Part shown: positions 55,564 through 64,000 of the stretch, one piece after another
How the letters are laid out: every line of letters begins with the position of its first letter
Numbering within the stretch: the first letter of the stretch is position 1
Origin: Hyaloraphidium curvatum SAG 235-1
Lineage: Eukaryota; Fungi; Monoblepharomycota
Length of the DNA stretch: 64,000 nt
NCBI GenBank assembly: GCA_025558095.1
Contig: JAIVFI010000003.1
Coordinates: forward strand, 124,001-188,000
Direction: 5' to 3'
Made by a program: the position numbers and the translations under genes
Notes under the pieces: model-generated
What the model was told of the DNA's origin: nothing
What the model saw: the letters and a program-made list of their open reading frames with translations, nothing else
Database searches by the model: none

Positions 55564-57242
55564 ATGTCTCCCGGCGGCCCAAACCCGCAGGCCACGGCCG
55601 GCCCGCTGCGGAACGTCGGCGTCGCCTTCATCGACGTCAATTTTCCGCGGGAGGAGCTTTTGGAGCTGCGGAAGAAGGTCGTCGAGGGAGGCGAGTAACT
55701 CTGCGGAGCGGCGTTCGGACACGTCACTGACCACCAAAACCAGGCGGTCAGCTCAAGCCGGCCGGCGAAGCCGACGTCCTCGTCACCGCGCTCAAGTCTC
55801 CCTCGCGCATTGGCCGGCACATCCCCGCCGAGGCACCCAGCGTACCCGTCGTCCAGCCAAAGTGGATCTCCGAAACCATCGACGCCGGCTTCACCCTGCC
55901 GTTCGGGGAATACTCAATCGAGATCCCCGACGATCTGCGCCCGCGCAAGCGCCCTCGGATTGCGCCTCCTCCCCACCCTGCCCCCGCCATCGCGAGCCCG
56001 CCGGCCCGATCGGACGACGAGTCGGAGCGCAACACCACGGACGACGAGAGGCGCCTTCCCCCCGGCGCCGGCAACCTCGACCCCCGCTTCCGCAACACCA
56101 AGTACGCCTGCCAGCGGCACACGCCCCTGGAGCACCGCAACCGCGCGCTGATCGCCGAGCTCGAGGTCGTCGCGCGCCAGCGCGAGCTGGCCTCGGAGGA
56201 CGAGCGCGCGCTGGCGTACCGCAAGGCCGCCGCCGCGCTGAGGGCCTACCCGCGCGACATCCTCACCGCGATCGAGGCGGGTAAGATCCGCTGCATCGGG
56301 CCAAAGATCGGAGCGGCGATCAGGGAGTTCCTCCGCAGGGGCCACGTGCCCGAAGCCAAGGAGCTGCGCGCGGATCCCGAGTTCCGGGCCGCGGAGCTGT
56401 TCCTCGGCGTCTACGGCGCCGGGCCTGCGGCGGTCAGGGCGTGGATTGCCAAGGGGTACCGCTCGCTGGACGAGCTCAAGGAAGGGGAAGGGTACGACTC
56501 CGAGGAGGAGGAGGCCGGGCAGAGCAAGCGCAAGAAGGGGCACGACGGACATGATCGGCACTACCGTGGCCTCACCGAGAAGCAGAAGAAGGGCCTCAAG
56601 TGGTACGATGCCCTCCGCGAGACCATGTCGGGCGCGGACGCCGAGGAGATCCACGACCTGGTAGCCGCCGAGGTCGAACGGATCGTCCCGGGCTCGATCG
56701 TGGAGCACCTCGACAAGTACCGTCGCGGCAAGCGCGAGGGCATCAAGAACGTGGACCTGCTCGTCACGCCGCCGTCGATCGAGCGCTTCGACCGCCTGCT
56801 CTCCAAGCTGCTCTCCGTCCTCGACAAGAAGGGCCTCATCCTCGACGTGTTCATGCTCAAGGATGACGACGAGGATGACGCCCCCAGGACGCTCCCCGGC
56901 AGCGCCATCCTCGCGCGCCTCAAGACCCTGCCCCCCGAAGCCGACCCCACGCGCCGCGCAAGCCTGATCCTCCGGCAGCCCTCGTCGGGCAGGCCCCGCG
57001 CGGTGCACATCGTCGTCTGCCCCACCCCCTGCCGGCCATACGCCCTCGCCTGCCTGACCGGATCGACGATCTTCGTCCGGTCGATGCGCGAGTACCTTGA
57101 CAAGGAGAAGGGGTACAAGATCAGCAACCACGGCCTGTTCGACCTCGTGACGGGGGCCAGGGTCGCGGAGTGCGAGACCGAGAGGGACGTGTTCGACAAG
57201 ATGGGGCTGCCGTGGATCGAGCCCGAAGGGAGGAACTGCTGA
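55564..57242 (+). CDS. X-family DNA polymerase (BRCT + Pol mu/TdT-like) with substituted catalytic residues; GC-AG intron 55691-55743
   Basis: BRCT-like N-terminus, YACQRHTPL, IGPKIG, YRRGK, TGS and TERDVF..MGLPWIEPEGRNC. Confidence 0.88.
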
Positions 57243-57313
57243 TCCGCGTGATGACACCGGGGAGGCGATCGCGCCGATATTCATGTCTTCGCTCAGTCTT
57301 GCTTTGTTCGATC

Positions 57314-57877
57314 ATGGTTTGGGGACGAAAAGATGACCAGTTCGCCGTCGTCACCGTGCCGCCGCGGGCGGTGCTGGACGTGCTGGCCACCGCCGAGTTC
57401 CCCACCACCGTGGCGGGGCTGATGCTGCTCGCCGGCCGCGTCTGCGCCCGCGACGCGGAGCTGCCGCTGCCGCCGGTCCCCGTCGCGCTGGCACACGCGC
57501 TGAAGGAGCTCAACGGCATCGCGAACGCCGCCGCGTCTCCGGCGACTCCGGCGGGGAGCGCGGGTGCCCGGGACGAGGTTGTCGAAGGTGCGGTGGAGCC
57601 CATGAACAGGGCGCTCCGCCACTGGACCCCCAGGTCCAGGGCCGGACGCGCGCGGATCCCCGCCGGTGCAAGTGGTGGGGCAGGAAAGGACGCGTGCGCC
57701 CCGACTCAGGGCGCGCGAGTGTCTCGCTTGGTCGGGCCGGAGCCGGAAGGCTCTGGTGGCCCTCGCGATCCCCGCGATTGGAACGATAGTCAGCATCGTG
57801 ATGGCTTTCCGCCGCACCGGTGGCTGATTGACCTCCTTCGGAGCTGGTTGCCCGGAGGGCATGACAAGGCGGACTGA
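57314..57877 (+). CDS. Possible short hypothetical gene or gene fragment
   Basis: Coding-like GC3 bias over ~57330-57630; no domain recognised. Confidence 0.25.
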   Translation: MVWGRKDDQFAVVTVPPRAVLDVLATAEFPTTVAGLMLLAGRVCARDAELPLPPVPVALAHALKELNGIANAAASPATPAGSAGARDEVVEGAVEPMNRALRHWTPRSRAGRARIPAGASGGAGKDACAPTQGARVSRLVGPEPEGSGGPRDPRDWNDSQHRDGFPPHRWLIDLLRSWLPGGHDKAD

Positions 57878-59190
57878 CGCGGCCCGCGGCAAGGCGAACG
57901 ATGGGGCACGGCGGCTCGGCTCGGACACGGACCAGCTCGGCATGGTTGTGGTTTCACTGAAGCGTTTTGTGGAGAATTGTACATGGTGGAGCGTCATTTC
58001 AATGCGTGGGCCCGGCGTTCGGTGGCTGTTCCTGGGTGCAGCGAGAGGGTCAGCTCGAGCGAGGCGTGCCGATCACTTTTGCATTCCAATTCGTCCGGCT
58101 TCGAATGAACTGGAGAAAATGAGAGGAACCTTTAAAGGGTATAGATCTTTTGCGAGTTTTGGCGATTCGGATACAGGAGGAAGGACTTTTAGCGAGATCA
58201 GCGACAGGTGTGAAGTCCACTCATAGCTCGACAACGTCGCACCGCTCCCGCAGTGACCGCTCCGCCCCTCCCGGACCGGGACCGCACAGGCGTCGGCCCA
58301 TTTCTCGCTCTGATGCCGTACCGTACAGTGGGACGGCGTCGAACAGAGTGAGAGCCCGCGCCGGCGCGGCTTCTTCCACCCCCGGCCGAGCACCCCGCCT
58401 TCCCGAGCGCAAACCGTCGCATCAACCCAGCCCGACGCGGGAAAGGACGGCACTATGGGTTCCGGGAGGGGCCGACAATGCAAGCGGGGCGTTAGGGACC
58501 GCCGATGGGTGGACGCGCGGTGTGCAGTGCCTGGCGGCCGGCGCAGCCATCGACGGGTTGTGCGGGGACGAGCTTCCGCGCGTTTCCTCGGAACTCAGCG
58601 GCCGCTTGACTCGTACGGTCTCTCGGCACCGACATGCCTATCTCCGATCGCGTGTCTAATGGCTGACTCATCCGGACGTCCGTTCGGCCGGGGACGAAAG
58701 GGCACCGCACGGACGAGAGACACGCGGAGCGGATGGGCTCGGCGGTGCAGATTCGGAGGCGCAGCGACTGAAGCTCGCTATCCGCTTCGCGTGATTCTGG
58801 CCGTGGTTCGCCATGGGGCCGGACGGCTTTGATCGACCGGACGGACCGCACGGCCGACTGCATGGCCCCTCTTTTCGAGCTTTAACCGAAAAAGCTGGAT
58901 GTTGGATCTTTCGTTGGCTTCTGATCGTGCACGGATGCCTGACTTTGCAAGGGCAGCACCCGGGAAGGTGGCGTCTTCCGAGACACACGACTGCGGGCTA
59001 CCGGAAACTGGCGGATTTCCACCATCTGCATGGATCGAACCGCGGGCAGCGTTTTTCTGGAGTCGATCAAGCTTATCCTGGGGCCTCGTGGGCGGATTGG
59101 GGGATGCGGCCGGAACGATCAGAACCGCACGGCCCGGCGGCGTGCCGCAGCGCACCACCACTCACCTCCGGCGATGGACGGCGCGCGGCA

Positions 59191-62100
59191 ATGAAGTCGT
59201 TCCTTTCGCGGCTCGCGCGGCCGCGCGACGCGGAGGACGATGCGCCGGCGCGGCGGCCCGACGGGTTCTTCCTCGAGCCGACGGCGCCGCCCGACTACTC
59301 GCCGTCGCTGAGCGCCGCGCCGAGCCCGTCGCCGACGCCGTCGCCGCGCGGCCGCTCGGTGTCGCCGTCGGAGCTGCCGCCGACGCCGTCGCGCGTGACG
59401 TCGGGTAGTTTGGCGCCGCCGGCCGCGCGGGGCAGCCGCTACTCGGACGTCGGCAGCGACCTGTCGGGCTCCGTCGGCTCGTCGCTGCCGCGGCCGGCCA
59501 GCGAGGACGTGCCCGGCAAGAAGAAGATCAAGGGCTACGCGTTCCCCGGCGCCGTCGACCCGCAGGCCGCCGCCGCAAAGGCAATGGCGAAGAACAGCAG
59601 GGCCGCCGTGAAGCAGGCCGCCGCCGCCCCGCCACCAGGCAAACCGCCCGCCGGCAGGACCGCTACCGCGCCTTTGCCCCCGCCCAGTGCCTCCGCGGCC
59701 TCTTCGGTGCCCAAGGGCGCCTCCGCGGCACCCCCGGCCGCCAAGGGCCCGCCAAAAATCAACACCAAGGCCAGCACCTCCATCACCGGCGCCCTCACGG
59801 ACTCGTTCATCCCCGCCTCGATCATCGAGGCCGCGACGAGGAACGCGCAGTCGCCCACGAGCCCCACGGGGTCCAAACCGCCGTCGGGCCCCTTGGGGCC
59901 CAAGCAGCCATCGGGCACGTTGGGCCCCAAGCCGCCCTCGGGCTCCTTTAATGCCACGGGAGGAATGACCTCGGTTCCGCCGAGGAAATCGCTGCCGGAC
60001 TTCAAGGCCGCGGCGACGGCGGCACGGCTGGCCATGGTTGGCTTTGGCAAGCGGGATCCCAAGGGCGCCGGGCCGCCCGCAGCGGAGGCGGACGCTCCGA
60101 TGCCCGCGCCGGCGTCGGGCAAGGTTACGGTGTTTGCCGACGATTCCGACGAGGAGCTGGAGGAAGAGCCCGTCGAAGTCAAGGCAGGGAGCAAGGGCTC
60201 CTCGACTCTGCCGGTTCCGGTTCGTGTCGATTGCTTCTGCGGCGTTGATCCGTTGGTCACTCACTCCTTCCCTCTCAGGTTACGAACGGCACGGCAGTGT
60301 CCGGCACCCCGTCGTCGCGCTCCCTGGCCGTCGTCAACGCCCCGACCGGCCCCTCGTACCTCGTCGCGCCCATTTTTGGCGCCCCTCCCGCATCCCCACT
60401 CACCCCCCCGCGCGCCGTGGACATCGATCCCTCTGCCGCCGTCAAGGCCGGCGCGCTGGGCACCGTCACGATCGCCAACGCCCCCGCGTCGCGCTCGGGC
60501 CTGTACCCCCCGAACCAGCTCGCCGGCCGCGCCTCGCCCACGCGGAGCGAGATCTCCTACGTCTCGGACGTCTCGGGCCTGGGCGCGCTGCCGCGGGAGC
60601 TCCGCGAGCTCTACGCATCCGTCGCGTGGGACATGTCCCCCGGCAAGGCGCCCGGGAAGGAGCCCGACCTGGCCTCGCTGGCCGAGTCGGTCGAGCCCGA
60701 GGAGGAGCTCATGGACGCAATCCTGCTCCTCGAATCCGCCAAGAACAAGCTCTCCCCCGTCCCCTCGGCCGTCGCCATGGACACCCCACCGCCGGAGCTC
60801 CCGACCGAGTTCCCCGCCCCGGACCTGTCGACCCCCTACGACCCCGCACCGACCGCGCAGTCCTCCGCCCGCGGGGCAACGGCGCACGCCCCCCCTCCCC
60901 TCCGCGAATCCCGCACCGCGCCCGCGATCCTGGGCCGCTTTCTCTCGCTCAACCGCGGCTCGGCCGGGCGCAGCCGCCCGCCCGCCGTCGCCCCCGCGCG
61001 CACCGAGCCCGGCGTGGAGACGCTGTTCGACGACGCCGAGGTCGACGGGGAGGGGGAGCAGCGCCCCAAATGGAAGATGCTGCTGCCGCCCTTCCAGAAG
61101 GGCCAGATGGTCCGCGACATCGGCTACTTCTGGTCCATGGCGCAGATGGTCATCATCACGGCGCTCGAGATCTCGCTCATGGTGATGCTCGTCGACATCA
61201 AGCGCAACTACCTGTACATCCTCGGGCCCAGCTCGCAGGGCGTCATCAACGCCGACAGCCTGCTGGTGTACCAGGCCATCTACATCTTTGGCCTCATCTT
61301 CCAGTTCATCCTCTACATCGATGCCGTGGGTTGCATGGCTGCAGCGCGCAAAAGGACCCCATGGCTCACCCCGTGCCCCCGAAACAGGACTTTTCCAAAT
61401 CCTCGATCCAGCTCCTCTCCTTCCTCGTCTTCGAGATCCTCCTCTGGGGCAACGCCCTCGTGCAGTTCTTCCAGGGCCAGACCCTCCTCACCCCGCAGGA
61501 ATCCGCCATCATCTCGCAGACCTTCCCCTCTCTCAACACCCGCCCCGCGCGCGGCGTCGAGGCGTCCATCCTGGCGCTCAACACGGTGTTCTTTGCGGGG
61601 TGGCCGTACCTGGTGTGGAAGCTGTACCAGGCGTACGGCTGGGAGATTTACAAGCAGTTCGGGGCGGACCTGGCGCTGAGGAAGCGGGTGATACTGCAGC
61701 ACATCTTCCTGACCCTGCTCAAGCTGGACGTGTTCTTCTACCTCGGCTTCGGTGGGTTGCGGCTCTGCTCGGGGGCCTTGTGCGAGTCGCACTGACCGCC
61801 CCGGCCCCACCAGACGTCCAGATCATCGCCCTTGTCTCGGGCAACACCCGCCCCCCGCAGACCGCCGACATCCTCCAGAACGCGCTCATCACCATCCCCC
61901 TGACGGTGCTGATCATCGTCTTTGGGTACTACGGCGCCGTGCGCAACTCGATCTGGATGACGTGCGTGTTCCTCGCGGGGACGGTGGCGGCCATCATCTA
62001 CGCCGTCCTGAAGCTGGTGGACGTGTACCGGAACCCGGGCAACTACGTGGGGGTGCAGAGGAGCTTGACGCTGTTCAGTGGGTTCCGTCGCGTCGCCCGA

Positions 62101-62281
62101 TGCGAGCCTCTGCTGACGCCCAGTGGCAGTCTGCATCACCATCGTCCTGGGCATCGCCACCTGGGTGGTCTCGGTGCTGAACCTCCTGCAGTACAAGGAG
62201 GGCAAGCTCAAGGACCTGGTGGAGCGCAACAAGGCCAACCTCGAGATGGCGAGGCAGCGCAAGTGGAGCATCGAGGACTAA
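59191..62281 (+). CDS. Pro/Ser-rich N-terminus + UPF0658-like multi-pass membrane domain, 4 introns
   Basis: YGWEIYKQFGADL and LTLLKLDVFF motifs; the spliced model ends at TAA 62279-62281. Confidence 0.8.
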
Positions 62282-62485
62282 AGGGGGGAAGGGGCTGCAG
62301 CACGGTGATGGGGCGGTGGAACGGAGGCAGGGGAAGTTGCTTGAGTTGCGCATGCGTATTTGCCTGTTATTTGAAGATTATTCCGGGGCTCGTGGGCTGC
62401 GAAGGCTAGCTAAGCAGGCGCTCTGCCAACTGGTTCGACCGACGTGCGCTCCGCACGGTTCCCCGCCCACGTCAACCCCACTGCG

Positions 62486-62953
62486 ATGGCGCCCGTGCTC
62501 CCGGCGGTGGCGGCCGCGCTGGCGCCGAGCGCTTCTGAGGCGCGACGGAAGGCGCTGCGGCTGTACCGGCAGTACCTCAAATCGGTGGGTGGCGGCGGCC
62601 GCTCCGAGTGGACGCGCCCTGACCGCTCCTGTCCCACGGCTGAATCCCGCCTGAATCCCCATTATCTGCCCTTTAAATAGGCGCCGGACATCGTGCAGTT
62701 CCAGTTCCTCGACATCACCCCCGCGCAGCTGCGCGCGCGCGTGCGGCTCGAGTTCGAGCGCAACGCGGGCGCAACGGACCTCGGCGCCGCCAACAGGCTC
62801 ATCTTCCGCGGCGAGAAGGATTTGGAGGAGATGATGAACCAGTGGATGCAGAAGACGCACGTGATGCGGTTCTTCGAGAACGACTTCAGGGCCAAGGACG
62901 AGCAGGCCGCCGCCAAGCCGTTCCTGCAAAAGTTCTACGAGGGGAGGGACTAG
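62486..62953 (+). CDS. NDUFA6: Complex I LYR subunit B14 (NDUFA6); intron 62585-62680
   Basis: LRLYRQYLKS|AP, VRLEFERN, WMQKTHVMRFF and FLQKFYEGR. Confidence 0.92.
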
Positions 62954-63220
62954 GAACTCCCAGGCGAAAGGGACACTTGCTATCGCGTCGGGGACCCGCC
63001 CTGGATGATCGGGGCCGAGCGGGAGGGATCGGGAGGCAGGATGGGACGGAAGGCTGCTGGACGGACCATGCCGCGGACTGAAGCCCTTTGGCGGGAAGCT
63101 AGACACTGCAGCGACCAAGAAACGGGTCTGAGCACTTGCTTTCTTCGCAAAGACGGCAGGAGTGGGGCCAGGGGTGTCCATCTATTGGCAAGGCCCGATG
63201 GACTCCCTGTCCGGTCCCAT

Positions 63221-64000
63221 CTAGTCAACCGTGGCAAGCCACGCCTCGAACATGATCTCCTGGGCCACTTCGGGCGGCAGCCCCCCGATCGCTCCGCTCC
63301 CGATCCAGCGCTTCCACGCAGCCACCTCGAGCACGTCGTCCATCAGCCCGCGGTACCTGTCCGCGCCCGCATCGGCGAGCACCTTGGTGAGGAGGTGATT
63401 CGGGCCGCCGGCGCCGTAGAAGAGCAGGAGGAGGACGAAGCTCCGCCTGCCGTGGAGGGGCGAGCCGGGCCGCTGCACTTCGTTAAGGAGCGCAGCAAGC
63501 TCGCACGGGCCTGCGCCGGCACCGCCGGTGCTGCCGGCGAGCCTAGCAAGGATGAGGCGGACGGAGAGGAACATGTCGCGGAGGCCCGAAAAAGGGACGT
63601 CTTCGAGGTACTTGGTCGCGGCCTTGTTCACGTTGAGGCAGGATGAGAGCAGTTTGGCATCGCAGCGCAGGACTCCGAGCTCGATGAACTTAGCGTAGAC
63701 TCCCGGGTGCCTCCACCTCGGCAGAGCTCGGTTGCGGACCCAGCATGCGATTTCGCGCTGCATTGCGGGTGCGTCGCGGAAAAACTCGTCGAGCAGGTCC
63801 AGGAAGCGCCGGGCCTGGAACGCCGGCTTATCCCATGAGTTCAGAAAGGTCCTGAAATAGGGCTTCCAGTTGGCTTCTGTCGGACCGTGCCCGTACTCCT
63901 TCAAGGCAGCAGTGGTCACGGGGCCGTAAACTCCAAGGATCGCCACCGCTTCGTGCTCCGTTCGGCCGGGCCTCCTAATGCAGTCCTGGGGTGAAGGATA
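63221..64000 (-). CDS. Hypothetical protein (5' partial) with a C-terminal LPPEVAQEI motif
   Basis: Open frame extends toward the window end; no other domain recognised. Confidence 0.55.
   Translation of the reverse strand, partial: YPSPQDCIRRPGRTEHEAVAILGVYGPVTTAALKEYGHGPTEANWKPYFRTFLNSWDKPAFQARRFLDLLDEFFRDAPAMQREIACWVRNRALPRWRHPGVYAKFIELGVLRCDAKLLSSCLNVNKAATKYLEDVPFSGLRDMFLSVRLILARLAGSTGGAGAGPCELAALLNEVQRPGSPLHGRRSFVLLLLFYGAGGPNHLLTKVLADAGADRYRGLMDDVLEVAAWKRWIGSGAIGGLPPEVAQEIMFEAWLATVD

Noticed and set aside
55914-57284. Long antisense or alternate-frame ORFs (also 1392-2585, 8146-9369, 27940-29292, 38432-39640, 47982-49187)
   Set aside because: Stop-poor shadows of real genes in high-GC DNA, with no motifs.
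1-64000. tRNA, rRNA or a prokaryotic operon/defence system
   Set aside because: None recognised by eye, and the abundant spliceosomal introns show eukaryotic nuclear DNA. A tRNAscan/Infernal run would be needed to exclude small RNAs.

Overview
GC-rich, gene-dense eukaryotic DNA with many short (~45-120 bp) spliceosomal introns. Gene content and family architectures suggest an early-diverging, chytrid-type fungus; a Monoblepharidomycete is plausible but this is inference. About 33 genes or pseudogenes were reconstructed by hand, including myosin I, MFS/APC transporters, flavin amine oxidase, sulfatase, SDR, Ski8-like WD40, GT34, NDUFA6, a UBA/RING protein, expanded F-box and MYND families, and two RCC1-repeat transmembrane receptors (one with SH3, one with a kinase). 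Top finding: a hidden selenoprotein at 54485-55127. It is an AhpC/peroxiredoxin-like protein whose FYRGxWCPxC motif has an in-frame TGA at the first Cys (UxxC). A well-formed SECIS hairpin lies ~70 nt after the stop, and the protein ends in a PTS1 (SRL). Other strong leads: two paralogous gustatory-receptor/DUF3537-like 7TM channel candidates with a His/Cys loop motif; a Pol mu/TdT-like polymerase lacking two of three catalytic Asp; a degenerate bacterial-type MBL-fold protein ending in ARL; a nested inverted-repeat element; a truncated REL-type non-LTR retrotransposon; and a 5' splice-site consensus dominated by GTGGG. All coordinates, exon models and counts are manual; no database search was run.
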